Assembly: GCA_963752595.1 (NCBI GenBank)
Contig: CAVVYZ010000017.1
Span: 224,001-288,000 of the forward strand
DNA: 64,000 bases
DNA from: an uncultured delta proteobacterium
GTDB taxonomy: Bacteria > Desulfobacterota > Desulfomonilia > UBA1062
Direction of reading: 5' to 3'
A program made the translations under genes and the position numbers. This document shows positions 46,830-56,216 of this stretch, piece after piece. The notes beneath the pieces are model-generated. The model was not told where the DNA came from. It worked only from the letters and a program-made list of their open reading frames with translations, and did not search any database. Position 1 is the first letter of the stretch; each line of letters begins with the position of its first letter.

Positions 46830-47111
46830 TCACCCTTCGGGAGATTTTTCTTCCAGGATATCGATGAGCTGCTGGATTTTTTGGGGGTTCTTGAGAAAAT
46901 AACACTTGAGGTTTCCTTTCCGTATGCAGTCCACTATCCCGTTGATCTTGAGGATAGAGAGATGCTGCGATGCATTTGCCTGGCGGATATTCAAGGTACT
47001 TTCAACCTCCCCCACACACTTCTGGCCTTTGATGAGTTCCCGTGCTATCATAAGCCTCACAGGATGTCCCAAGGCCTTTAAGTAGGAAGCAGTCGTCTCA
47101 TTTTGCGACAT
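46830..47111 (-). CDS. ArsR/SmtB family transcriptional regulator
   Basis: KALGHPVRL.I, CVGE, SQHLSILK..GIV. Confidence 0.9.
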   Translation of the reverse strand: MSQNETTASYLKALGHPVRLMIARELIKGQKCVGEVESTLNIRQANASQHLSILKINGIVDCIRKGNLKCYFLKNPQKIQQLIDILEEKSPEG

Positions 47112-47249
47112 AACGTTTAAGTTCCTTTACGATATTATTTTTATATTAATATATTTATGACATACCAAAACTGTCAAGCCTTGATTTTTCACGATCGCTA
47201 GTAGTATGGTTACAATACATGATAAAAAAAATTTCCCGGGGGTCAAGAT

Positions 47250-47792
47250 ATGAAGAGGTTTTTGACCATATTGGGTATCTTCTCAGTGCTTTTTCCTGCT
47301 GTATGTTCAGCTAATGGATACATCATTGCCAATTACGGAATAGGAGGCGGGGATGTCGATGAGCCGAGCCTCGGCATAGAGATGGGGGGGATCTTTCTCT
47401 CCAACCTGCACCCTACGGGAGGTGCGTTCAGTTTCGGCCTGGGGGTGAGTGTTGCGGACACCGATGATGACCCGCCTTCCGGCATTCAACCCACATCCGG
47501 TCTCACCTACGACCCTCTGATCGAATACAATGATGGAAACGAGCAGGAGATCGATCTCACCTTCGGCACCGAGATGATCCCATCGCTTTTTGCAGTTGCA
47601 GGGATCGGATATGCCGGCCAGGACACTGTTCGGATCGGTACCAATGGCGAACAGAATTATGAGGTCGATTCCGACACGGAAAGGAATGTCGCCTGGATGC
47701 TCGGCACCCGCTACGTCATACAGGGGTTGAACGTCGGCATTGGGTATCACTCCAGACGCGGGATCATGGCAGGCATCGGCATCGCATTCTGA
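47250..47792 (+). CDS. Putative small outer-membrane beta-barrel protein
   Basis: Signal peptide, alternating Gly/aromatic beta-strand pattern, C-terminal GIGIAF ending in Phe. Confidence 0.6.
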   Translation: MKRFLTILGIFSVLFPAVCSANGYIIANYGIGGGDVDEPSLGIEMGGIFLSNLHPTGGAFSFGLGVSVADTDDDPPSGIQPTSGLTYDPLIEYNDGNEQEIDLTFGTEMIPSLFAVAGIGYAGQDTVRIGTNGEQNYEVDSDTERNVAWMLGTRYVIQGLNVGIGYHSRRGIMAGIGIAF

Positions 47793-47827
47793 TCCCGTAA
47801 AAACCAGCAGCCGAAGATAACCTTAAG

Positions 47828-49222
47828 ATGCATCACCTCGCTCTGCTCCTGCTCACTCTTATCCTTTCCCTCGCCACCGGCTGCGGCAGCTTGATGAATT
47901 ATTCGAAAAAGACAGAGCAGGCGAGGCTCTCCATCTCCCAGGGCAGGTTTGAAGACGCGCTGACGTCCTTTCCCGATAAATCCGCACGGGGCAAGGATGA
48001 GGTGCTCATACGGCTGGAACGTGCGACGCTCTTTCAGCTCATGGGGAAGTATGGCGAGAGTTCCCGGGAATTCGAGCTCGGAACCGCGAAGATCAGGGAA
48101 TATGAAGAAAAAGCGTTCATATCGGCATCCAGGGCAACCTCCCAGATAGGCTCTCTTCTCTTGAACGAGCAGGTCCGTCCTTATGAAGGAGAAGATTTCG
48201 AAAAGGTCCTTGTCCATGCCTTTGACGCGGTAAATTATCTGATGACAGGAGACCTTGAAGGGGCACGGGTAGAGATCAGGAATGCCTACCAGAGGCAGAA
48301 TGATCTCAAGGAAAGGCATGAAAAGGCCCTTGAAAAGGCGGAAAAGGAGAGTAGGGGCGCGAGCTGGCAGGAGTCGTTCCAGAAGGCGGACAATGACAGG
48401 TACCAGGAACTGAAGCGCAGGGCAGGAAACATCCAGAGCGTTTATCAGAATGCATTCGCCTACTACATCTCTTCTCTGGTGTATGAGCTCGGCAGCGAAG
48501 AAGATGAGGCATATATCGACCTGAAAAAGGGAATTGAAGCCGCACCCTGGTCGAAGAGTATCCAGAAAGACCTGATCCGTCTGAGCACAAGGCTGGGTAG
48601 GGGAGAAGACACGGAAAAATGGCAAACTGCCTATGGAAAACCGGAGAAGGAATACGGCAAGGGCGTGGATGTTTTTGTTATTTTCCAGCACGGCGTGGCG
48701 CCGGTCAAAGAGGATTTGAGCTTTCCCATTCCGCTTTGGCGAGGGGGGATTGCCTTTGCGTCGTTGCCGGTATACCGCTTTGTCCCTTCATCCGCCCAGG
48801 GAGCTGCGCTCACTTATGATGGTCAGTTCTTCGAGACATCCCTGGTGTCCGATACTGATGCGATCGCATCCAGGAATCTTCTCGACAAGTTCCCGGTGCT
48901 CTTTGCAAAACAGGTCGTCCGATCCTATTTCAAAGCACGGATGACAAACAAATTGTCAAAGGATTACGGTGCAATAGGTGCTATCACGGGTACGATAGCT
49001 TCTGCCGTCACCGAGCGGGCTGACTTAAGGACATGGGCCTCTCTGCCCAAGGAGATCCAGATCGTCCGGGCATATGTGCCGGATAGAACGAAAAATATTA
49101 CCATCAAGGGGATCCCTTCAGCGCATGTGAAGGACATCAATATCCCGGAAGGAACCCGGCATCTGATCGTATTCTGCAGGGATACGGACGCCGGTCTATC
49201 ATTACAGACAAAGGCTTATTAG
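47828..49222 (+). CDS. COG3014-like TPR lipoprotein
   Basis: Lipobox LATGC, LERA, PYEGEDFE, GARVEIR, ERADLRTW.SLP; synteny with ycfL/lpoB. Confidence 0.72.
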   Translation: MHHLALLLLTLILSLATGCGSLMNYSKKTEQARLSISQGRFEDALTSFPDKSARGKDEVLIRLERATLFQLMGKYGESSREFELGTAKIREYEEKAFISASRATSQIGSLLLNEQVRPYEGEDFEKVLVHAFDAVNYLMTGDLEGARVEIRNAYQRQNDLKERHEKALEKAEKESRGASWQESFQKADNDRYQELKRRAGNIQSVYQNAFAYYISSLVYELGSEEDEAYIDLKKGIEAAPWSKSIQKDLIRLSTRLGRGEDTEKWQTAYGKPEKEYGKGVDVFVIFQHGVAPVKEDLSFPIPLWRGGIAFASLPVYRFVPSSAQGAALTYDGQFFETSLVSDTDAIASRNLLDKFPVLFAKQVVRSYFKARMTNKLSKDYGAIGAITGTIASAVTERADLRTWASLPKEIQIVRAYVPDRTKNITIKGIPSAHVKDINIPEGTRHLIVFCRDTDAGLSLQTKAY

Positions 49223-49237
49223 ACAGGAGGAGCCGAT

Positions 49238-49672
49238 ATGAGAAGGGGAAGGATTTTTTTATGGCTGTTTATTGTGCTGTTTCTCGCTTCATGTGCAGGG
49301 ACAGCGCCCAATATTCTGCAAGTCCAGGCAGGTCCGGGGGGCTTAAGCTCCAAGAAGGAGGAGATCAACGACAAGTGGCTGGCGCGAACGCTTTCTTTTG
49401 GTGAAGTGAGTGTACGTCCGCTTGGACTCGGCTCATCTATGGAGACGCAAGTTATCATCCAAAACCAGAGCTCCCGGGATGTCGAATTTGAGTACAGGTT
49501 CGTCTGGTACGATGCCGCAGGATTTGAGATCTCTTCCGTTACCAACTGGATACCCGCATCCCTGTCGGGGATGGAGGCCCGGGGCTTCAAATCTACGGCG
49601 CCCGGCCCGAATGCGGCGAGTTTCAAGTGCATGATGAGGGAGATGCATTCCATCACGGATTCAGGATCATAA
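49238..49672 (+). CDS. YcfL/DUF1425-family lipoprotein
   Basis: Lipobox LASC, EYRFVWYDAAGFE, APGPNA. Confidence 0.8.
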   Translation: MRRGRIFLWLFIVLFLASCAGTAPNILQVQAGPGGLSSKKEEINDKWLARTLSFGEVSVRPLGLGSSMETQVIIQNQSSRDVEFEYRFVWYDAAGFEISSVTNWIPASLSGMEARGFKSTAPGPNAASFKCMMREMHSITDSGS

Positions 49673-49694
49673 GAATAGGATCAGGAGGAGAAAC

Positions 49695-50291
49695 ATGAAG
49701 CGACTCATAGGAATAGGTTCTATCATTTTAATGGTATTCTTTTTCAGCGGATGTGCCTCGTCGCCGACCGTTACATACGGGAATCCCGGGCAGGTAGAGA
49801 CTGTAACGACGGAATTCGGCTCGACGGATCTTCAGACCATCGCGGAGAAGATGGTGAACTCACTGCTGGCGTCTCCGGTCCTTTCCTCAGGGCAGCACCC
49901 TGTGCTTTATGTCCATCAGGTGAAGAACATGACGGATGAGCACATCGACACCAAGTCGGTAACCGACAAGATCAGGGTAACGCTGCTGAAATCCGGGAAG
50001 GTCCGTTTTACGGCCGTCAATGAGGTGAATGACGAGATCATCAAACAGCTTGAGTACCAGACCAAATCAGGGATTGTCGACCCGTCTACGGCAAAGTCTG
50101 CGGGCCATCAGATAGGCGCTGATTATTTCCTCTTCGGTGAAATCAGCTCCATCAAGAAATCAGCCGGCCGGGTCAAGGATGTGTACTTCAAGTTCACCAT
50201 GAACCTGGTGAACATCAAAACCGGCCTCATCGAGTGGGCGGACGAGAAAGAGATAAGGAAACAGGCCAAGAAGGCCCTTATCGGGGGTTAG
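49695..50291 (+). CDS. lpoB: Penicillin-binding protein activator LpoB-like lipoprotein
   Basis: Lipobox FSGC, FGSTDLQ.IA.KMV.SL, KN.TDEHIDT, GLIEWADEKEIRK. Confidence 0.8.
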   Translation: MKRLIGIGSIILMVFFFSGCASSPTVTYGNPGQVETVTTEFGSTDLQTIAEKMVNSLLASPVLSSGQHPVLYVHQVKNMTDEHIDTKSVTDKIRVTLLKSGKVRFTAVNEVNDEIIKQLEYQTKSGIVDPSTAKSAGHQIGADYFLFGEISSIKKSAGRVKDVYFKFTMNLVNIKTGLIEWADEKEIRKQAKKALIGG

Positions 50292-50434
50292 CCGTAAGGC
50301 TCTCTACAAGGTCGGGTCCGGATAGTTCCTTCCGGCCTCGTGCCCGTTCTCTTTCGAGAAAAAGCCTTCGGATGTTAGGCTTGACTGGATGGAGAGAAAC
50401 GGATACATAGCAAAGTCAAAGTAATTTTGGAGGA

Positions 50435-50989
50435 ATGGAAATGACTTGGGAGGATAAACTCGAAAAAATAACGAGCAAAACCGTGCCCCTGTATGCAATG
50501 ATAATCCTCCTGGTGATCTTTGCCGATCCCACCTGGGCAACCAGTTTTATCGGGATTATCCTGGTCGCCGGTGGAGAGGCATTACGATTCTGGGCCACAG
50601 GGCATTTGCGGAAGAATGAGGAGCTTACCACTTCCGGCCCGTATGCTCACATTCAGTCACCGTTATATCTGGGGAGCTACATTATCGGCACCGGGCTCTG
50701 TATCATGGCATCGAATGCCGTCATATGGGTTCTCATGACCCTGATATTCTTCAAGTCGTATATTCCCAGGAAAAAGGAAAGAGAGTGGGGAAGGCTGGAA
50801 AGGATGTTCGGGGAGGACTTCCTCAAGTACAAGAGCGAAGTTCCCTACATGTTCTTCCCGCGGATCGATCCTTACCCCCATGGGAGCAAGCACCTCTGGT
50901 CATTTGCCGCGAGCATCGAAAATACAGAACACCAGACGGCAATCGCGGTATTCCTCATTACCTTTTTTATCTTGATCAGGCTCTTCTAA
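50435..50989 (+). CDS. Isoprenylcysteine carboxyl methyltransferase-family membrane protein
   Basis: LRFWA.G..K...LTTSGPYA....PLYLG, L...FGE.F..Y...VP. Confidence 0.8.
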   Translation: MEMTWEDKLEKITSKTVPLYAMIILLVIFADPTWATSFIGIILVAGGEALRFWATGHLRKNEELTTSGPYAHIQSPLYLGSYIIGTGLCIMASNAVIWVLMTLIFFKSYIPRKKEREWGRLERMFGEDFLKYKSEVPYMFFPRIDPYPHGSKHLWSFAASIENTEHQTAIAVFLITFFILIRLF

Positions 50990-50993
50990 AGAA

Positions 50994-51023
50994 AAGCCGG
51001 GCCTGGAACTCCAGGCCCGGCTT
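50994..51023. terminator. Bidirectional intrinsic terminator
   Basis: Perfect 14-bp inverted repeat AAGCCGGGCCTGGA/TCCAGGCCCGGCTT between convergent genes. Confidence 0.8.
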
Positions 51024-51074
51024 CTTGAATCTTTTAAAGAAAATCCGACTGTAAGACTCTTTCCCCTCAAGGGT

Positions 51075-52151
51075 TCAGTCCGATATCTTCACGCGCCAGC
51101 CGAAGGGATCTGTCTTTTCTCCATACTGGATCTGCAAGATCTCGTTATACAAGCGTTCCGTTAGGGTCCCGGTCTTGCCACCGTTGATGAGGTGCTCTTT
51201 CCCCTGATAATAGATCTGGCCGATAGGAGAGACAATGGCCGCCGTACCTGAAGCAAACGCCTCTTTCACTGTCCCATCAGCAATCCCGGAAATAATCTCA
51301 CTCATGGCCGGTGCCCGTTCCGTCACCTTCACGCCCCAGCTCCGCGCCAGTTGGATGACGGAATCCCGGGTGACACCGGGGAGAATCGAACCTGAGAGCG
51401 GCGGTGTAAAAAGTTCATCGCCGATCACGAAGAAGGCGTTGCTCGTCCCCACCTCTTCCACATATTTCCGTTCAACGGCATCCAGCCAAAGGACCTGCGT
51501 ATACCCCATATCCTTGGCCTTCTGGCTTGCGTAGAGGCTGGCGGCATAATTCCCCGCATTTTTGCAGTTTCCGACACCGCCGCGAACGGCCCGGACGTAA
51601 TCCTCGCTGACGTAGATCTTCGTCGGACTGAATCCCTCCGGATAGTAAGCCCCAACAGGACCGACAATGATGAAGAAAAGATACTGATTTGCCGGGTGGA
51701 CCCCCAAGGCCGCTTCCGTGGCGATCATGGTCGGGCGGATATACAGGGATGTCCCGGCGCCGCGAGGAATCCAGTCCTGTTCCAGAAGGACAAGTTTTCT
51801 CATGCCCTCCATAAACAGCTCCGGATCGATTGTGGCCATGCATAGGCGCTCTGCCGAGGCATTCATCCGCTTGATGTTTTCCATGGGCCGGAACAGGTAG
51901 ATGCTCCCATCCTTTCCGCGATAGGCCTTCAGTCCTTCAAAGATTTCCTGGCCATAGTGGAGACTCATGGCCGTGGGGTCGAGGACGATCGGACCATAAG
52001 GGCCGATGACGGGTTCATGCCAACCCTTGCCGGTCTTATATTTTACCGTAAACATATGATCCGTAAAGATCTGCCCGAAGCCCAGTTTGGATTCATTTGC
52101 CGGTTTTGCCTTCAGCTTGTCCGGTGCACATTTTGTGATTTTGATATCCAT
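51075..52151 (-). CDS. ilvE: Branched-chain amino acid aminotransferase
   Basis: LGFG..FTDHM, LHYGQEIFEGLKA, LYIRP, K.AGNYAA, EVGTSN, ILPGVTR, GTAA. Confidence 0.95.
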   Translation of the reverse strand: MDIKITKCAPDKLKAKPANESKLGFGQIFTDHMFTVKYKTGKGWHEPVIGPYGPIVLDPTAMSLHYGQEIFEGLKAYRGKDGSIYLFRPMENIKRMNASAERLCMATIDPELFMEGMRKLVLLEQDWIPRGAGTSLYIRPTMIATEAALGVHPANQYLFFIIVGPVGAYYPEGFSPTKIYVSEDYVRAVRGGVGNCKNAGNYAASLYASQKAKDMGYTQVLWLDAVERKYVEEVGTSNAFFVIGDELFTPPLSGSILPGVTRDSVIQLARSWGVKVTERAPAMSEIISGIADGTVKEAFASGTAAIVSPIGQIYYQGKEHLINGGKTGTLTERLYNEILQIQYGEKTDPFGWRVKISD

Positions 52152-52202
52152 AAAGATTCTCCCCTATGAGTTTTCGGCCCTTAATCCCACACTTTTCTAT
52201 CA

Positions 52203-52395
52203 CTATATCATCTTCCGATCAAGTTTTCTGTATTGAATGGCCTCGGCGACATGAGATGACTGGATCTCCTTCACCGCTTCAAGGTCCGCGACGGTCCTGG
52301 CCACTTTCAGGATTCTCGTGTATGCTCCTGCGCTGAGCCTCAGCTTGTCCATGGCATTTTCGATGAGTTCCCGGAAAGCGCCGTCAATTGTAAAA
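52203..52395 (-). pseudogene. comM: 3' remnant of comM/yifB (Mg-chelatase-like AAA+ C-terminal domain)
   Basis: Manual translation [63 protein letters not shown]; rest of gene absent from window. Confidence 0.8.
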
Positions 52396-52463
52396 ATGGA
52401 CCGCTCCCCTTGAGCCTCTTGACAAAGGATATCATGCGGCTATTTTTTGGCAGAGAGGACTTG

Positions 52464-55400
52464 ATGAATACCTATGAAATGCGCTGTGCCGGTTGCGGTA
52501 TGGCGATTGGTCGGGGGGATAGATTCTGCAGGTTCTGCGGCGTATCTCAGGCGAGCAGAGCGGGCACTCAGGAGCATCGCTACATTACCGCCCTGTATTC
52601 GGACTTGAACCGCTATACATCCCTTTCAGCTATCCTTGACCCTGAGGAATTGAAATCAATCATGGGTTCCATTTTCCAGGAGGCAACCCGCACCATAACT
52701 TCATTTGGCGGGGTTATCGAAAAATTCTCTGGTGATGCGGTTGTTGCCCTGTTCGGCGTTCATCTCATACACGAGGACGATATCGTCCGGGCTATCCGTT
52801 CAGCCATTACACTCCATGCGTTCGTTCAAAAAGAAATGGGGAATCGATCGGGAGAACAGTTCACGATGCATACAGGGATTCATACGGGAACCGCCCTCGT
52901 AGATCAGGAGACAGGCAATAACCTTTGTCTCGGCGCCATGGGCATGCCGATCAACATTGCTGCAAGGCTCTCAAGCATTGCCGCACCGGGAGAAATCCTC
53001 ATAGATGATTCCTCCCGGAATGAGGCCGAAAGATTTTTCCATACCGAGTTTGTCGGGAACAAAATTCTGAAAGGCATCAAAGAGCCGGTATCTGCCTATC
53101 GGGTTCATTCAATGAGGCGGATACCCTTGAGCATCCATCGGCCGGCCGGTATCCCTTCGCCCATGGTCGGCAGGGAAGAGCAGATGGCATTGCTCATGAA
53201 TGCACGGAACAATCTGCTGCGAGGGCGTGGAGCTTATATAGTGATTTCCGGAGAGGCAGGAGTGGGGAAGAGCAGGCTGATCCACGAGTTCTTCTGTTCT
53301 CTGCCGGATGAAGTCGCTTCATTCACTATTCAATGCCTCGATCATATGAAGGATACCCCATACTACCCGGTCATATCCATGATCAGGCAGATGGTCGGCA
53401 TGATGGGCGAAAATGGAATCGACCTTGACCGGATAATCGAAGAGCAGCTTACCAATCCGAGACATGCATTTCACATCAGAACCCTGCTGGGGAGCGTGCA
53501 GGAGTGTGAAGATCTCATGCCCGATATCTGGAAGACTGAGATTTTTGAAGCATTATCGGCTTTAATGCTTTCTTTTTCTCAAACCCGGCCGTTGGCTCTC
53601 TGCATCGAGGATATACACTGGGCAGATCCAACCACCAAAGATCTCCTGCACAACCTCATTCTTTCCGATGCCGGAGGCATTCAATGCCTGTTCGTCGTAA
53701 CGTCGAGGGAGGAGCATCGAATGCATGCTTCGGGAATAACCATACCTCTTAAAGAACTGTCCAGGGAGAATACCGGAAATTTGATCATGGATATGCTGGG
53801 AGGTCTGGGCATATCCAATGAAGCTGTCGATTCCTTGTATAGAAGGACAGGAGGAAACCCATTCTACATTGAGGAATATACCTCCTTTTTACGGGAAAAG
53901 GGCATATCGCTCCTCATGACAGTGGCTGGGGAAAACACCAGGGCAATACCTTCAACGATCCAAGGGCTTATTACAGCCAGACTGGACAACTTGGGAGCTT
54001 CCTGCAGGAATCTCTTACAGGCAGCCTCCATCATCGGGATGGTCTTTTCTCCCTCACTCCTTGAGGCGATATCTTCCAATGAACAGGAGATACCTGCATC
54101 ACTTGAAACCCTTGAGAAGGCTGGATTCATAATAAGCACCCGTTCGGATGAATACCGTTTCCGCCATGCCCTCACCAGGGAAGTTGTCTCCATGGCCCTG
54201 CTGAAGAGGAACAGAGGAGATCTCCACCGCAAGATAGGCCTTCATCTTGAGATGTCATCTAAGAGCAGGACGGAAAACTGCGGTATGATCGCATACCACT
54301 TATTCCATGCTCTGGAGCATGCAAGGGCATATCCCTACTGTATGCTCTCTGCAAGGACATATCAGGCAGAGGGTTCTTGGATCGAAGCATCGGCTCATTA
54401 CCGGATGGCCCAGCTTTGCCTGGAAAAATCTCAAGATTACCCGGATCGTGATGATCTGCTCATCAAGATAGGCGAAGGGATATGGTCCTGCTCAAGGATA
54501 TTCAATCCGGATCAGGCCATTTCTGCCCTGGAAAATCTTATTTGCCTGTATAGGAAAGCAGGGCATAAAAACCAGGAGATCTTCTCGCAGATCCGTTTGA
54601 TCAACCTCTATTCACAGAAGGGGTTATTCCAAAAGGCACTGGATGCCTTTGATGATGTGGTGTCCAAGGCTTATGGAAATGATTTTTTGATTGCTGCTGC
54701 CAAGACATCCGTTGCATACACCTATACCTACCTCGGGAAGCCTATGACAGCCCTCAAATACCTCGAGGAGGCACGGAACAGGCTCGACTCTTCAGACAGA
54801 TTTCTCCTTTCAGTCAACTATCTTACCGCGCTTGCCGCAAGCATATGGAGGGGAAGTATGACCGATGCCCTTGCCTGGTATTCCCGGATGAAAGAGCAGA
54901 GCTCTCCTTATATGGATCTCGACCTCATGGCCGAGGTATGGCATGGGTATATTCTTTTTCTCAAGGGCGATATCCTTGACGGGCAGAGGATATTCGATGA
55001 GGTCAGGGAAAAAGAAAAGAAACTGGGCTGCCTTGCGGGAGGATTTTCATATCTCCGTATCCAGAGTTCCATCTACCTGTATTCCCGATACTCGGGCTGT
55101 CTTGAAAAGGCCCAGGAAGAGCTTGAAAAACTGGAGGAATCAACAGTCCATGAGTCCTCTCCTTCTGCACTGCTCAGCCTCTACAGGGCATGGATCGGTA
55201 TTGAACAGGGACAGTACCAAATGGTAAGGGATTTAATCGAAAACGCACTGCCTCATCTCGAAGCAGGTATTGCCAACAGGGTGCCCTATGCCCTCAATGC
55301 ACTTGCAGAAGCACTTTTAAGTCTTGGGGATCTTACGAAAGCCTCTGAAATTGCGAGCAGAAGCATAGACTGGAATTGCGAAAATGGAAATATGGACCAG

Positions 55401-55682
55401 CTGATCTGGGCACGAAGAATCATGGGGTGTATTTATCTCCGCCAGGACAGGAAGGATGCTGCGGAGGATTCCTTATCGACAGCTTCCCGCCTTGCCTGGG
55501 AAATGAAAATGAAGCCTCATGTCGCCTGGACAGTCGGATCCTGGGGAGACCTCCATGCGTCAAGCGGAAAATGGAAAAAAGCCAAATCGTGCTATGCAAG
55601 AGCGATCACCCTGTGGAGGGGCATGGGGAATACTTATCAGGCTGAAAAAATCGAGGCGGTACTGACACGTCTGCCCACCTGA
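52464..55682 (+). CDS. Zinc-ribbon / class III nucleotide cyclase / STAND AAA ATPase / TPR protein
   Basis: CxxC..FCxxCG, SDL..YT, EKFSGDA, GIHTG, NIAARL, GEAGVGKS, EDIHWAD, GGNPFYIEE, FRHAL; RBS GAGAGG before ATG at 52464. Confidence 0.9.
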   Translation: MNTYEMRCAGCGMAIGRGDRFCRFCGVSQASRAGTQEHRYITALYSDLNRYTSLSAILDPEELKSIMGSIFQEATRTITSFGGVIEKFSGDAVVALFGVHLIHEDDIVRAIRSAITLHAFVQKEMGNRSGEQFTMHTGIHTGTALVDQETGNNLCLGAMGMPINIAARLSSIAAPGEILIDDSSRNEAERFFHTEFVGNKILKGIKEPVSAYRVHSMRRIPLSIHRPAGIPSPMVGREEQMALLMNARNNLLRGRGAYIVISGEAGVGKSRLIHEFFCSLPDEVASFTIQCLDHMKDTPYYPVISMIRQMVGMMGENGIDLDRIIEEQLTNPRHAFHIRTLLGSVQECEDLMPDIWKTEIFEALSALMLSFSQTRPLALCIEDIHWADPTTKDLLHNLILSDAGGIQCLFVVTSREEHRMHASGITIPLKELSRENTGNLIMDMLGGLGISNEAVDSLYRRTGGNPFYIEEYTSFLREKGISLLMTVAGENTRAIPSTIQGLITARLDNLGASCRNLLQAASIIGMVFSPSLLEAISSNEQEIPASLETLEKAGFIISTRSDEYRFRHALTREVVSMALLKRNRGDLHRKIGLHLEMSSKSRTENCGMIAYHLFHALEHARAYPYCMLSARTYQAEGSWIEASAHYRMAQLCLEKSQDYPDRDDLLIKIGEGIWSCSRIFNPDQAISALENLICLYRKAGHKNQEIFSQIRLINLYSQKGLFQKALDAFDDVVSKAYGNDFLIAAAKTSVAYTYTYLGKPMTALKYLEEARNRLDSSDRFLLSVNYLTALAASIWRGSMTDALAWYSRMKEQSSPYMDLDLMAEVWHGYILFLKGDILDGQRIFDEVREKEKKLGCLAGGFSYLRIQSSIYLYSRYSGCLEKAQEELEKLEESTVHESSPSALLSLYRAWIGIEQGQYQMVRDLIENALPHLEAGIANRVPYALNALAEALLSLGDLTKASEIASRSIDWNCENGNMDQLIWARRIMGCIYLRQDRKDAAEDSLSTASRLAWEMKMKPHVAWTVGSWGDLHASSGKWKKAKSCYARAITLWRGMGNTYQAEKIEAVLTRLPT

Positions 55683-55954
55683 TATATCAGGTGGAAATCT
55701 GCCTTTATCTTTCGAAAATACCGTCAGGATATTTTTATCTCTCATGTTTTCAATGATCGAATCGATACGGATTATATAAAGGCAGGAGAATTGCCGGTAC
55801 GGTTCTTTGACAATTGAGCGGGGCATGCCATGTGTATTCTTTGTCCCAGAGAATAGACATGGGTAAAAGAGTAACTACAAGCAGACGGAACGTCGAAAGA
55901 AATCAAAACGGGGGTATGGGCAAAGGCCGTCACAAGATTGCTCATATTCTCATT

Positions 55955-56033
55955 CACAAGCCAAACCACAGGTAACTGTGGGACGGAAAGCCTAGGGTCC
56001 GTACCGATCAATGGGCGGACAGCCGGGTTGCCT
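55955..56033 (+). ncRNA. c-di-GMP-I (GEMM-I) riboswitch aptamer, copy 1
   Basis: GCCAAA-CCACAG-GTAA-CTGTGG-GACGGAAAGCC..GGGTCC..GGACAGCCGGGTTGCC matches the GEMM-I core. Confidence 0.85.
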
Positions 56034-56120
56034 CCTTCACTGCCACACCATGGGTAACCATGGGCCGGAAAGCCAAGGGTCCGAAAAGAGTGCTCGGACA
56101 GCCGGGTTGCCTGAGAAGGA
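56034..56120 (+). ncRNA. c-di-GMP-I (GEMM-I) riboswitch aptamer, copy 2
   Basis: GCCACA-CCATGG-GTAA-CCATGG-GCCGGAAAGCC..GGGTCC..GGACAGCCGGGTTGCC; P1 CCTTC/GAAGG. Confidence 0.88.
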
Positions 56121-56134
56121 TTCACCAGCACAGT

Positions 56135-56216
56135 CACTCTAGCCACACCATGGGTAACCATGGGCCGGAAAGCCGCGGGTCCACCCTGAAAGTGGACAGC
56201 CGGGTTGCCTGGAGAA
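56135..56216 (+). ncRNA. c-di-GMP-I (GEMM-I) riboswitch aptamer, copy 3
   Basis: Same core as copy 2, offset exactly 100 nt; P1 CTCTA/TGGAG; ends about 10 nt before the RBS. Confidence 0.88.

Noticed and set aside
56042-56210. Palindromic repeat CCATGGGTAACCATGG read as a CRISPR repeat or REP element
   Set aside because: Only two exact copies, no spacer array and no cas genes; fully explained as P2 stems of GEMM-I aptamers.
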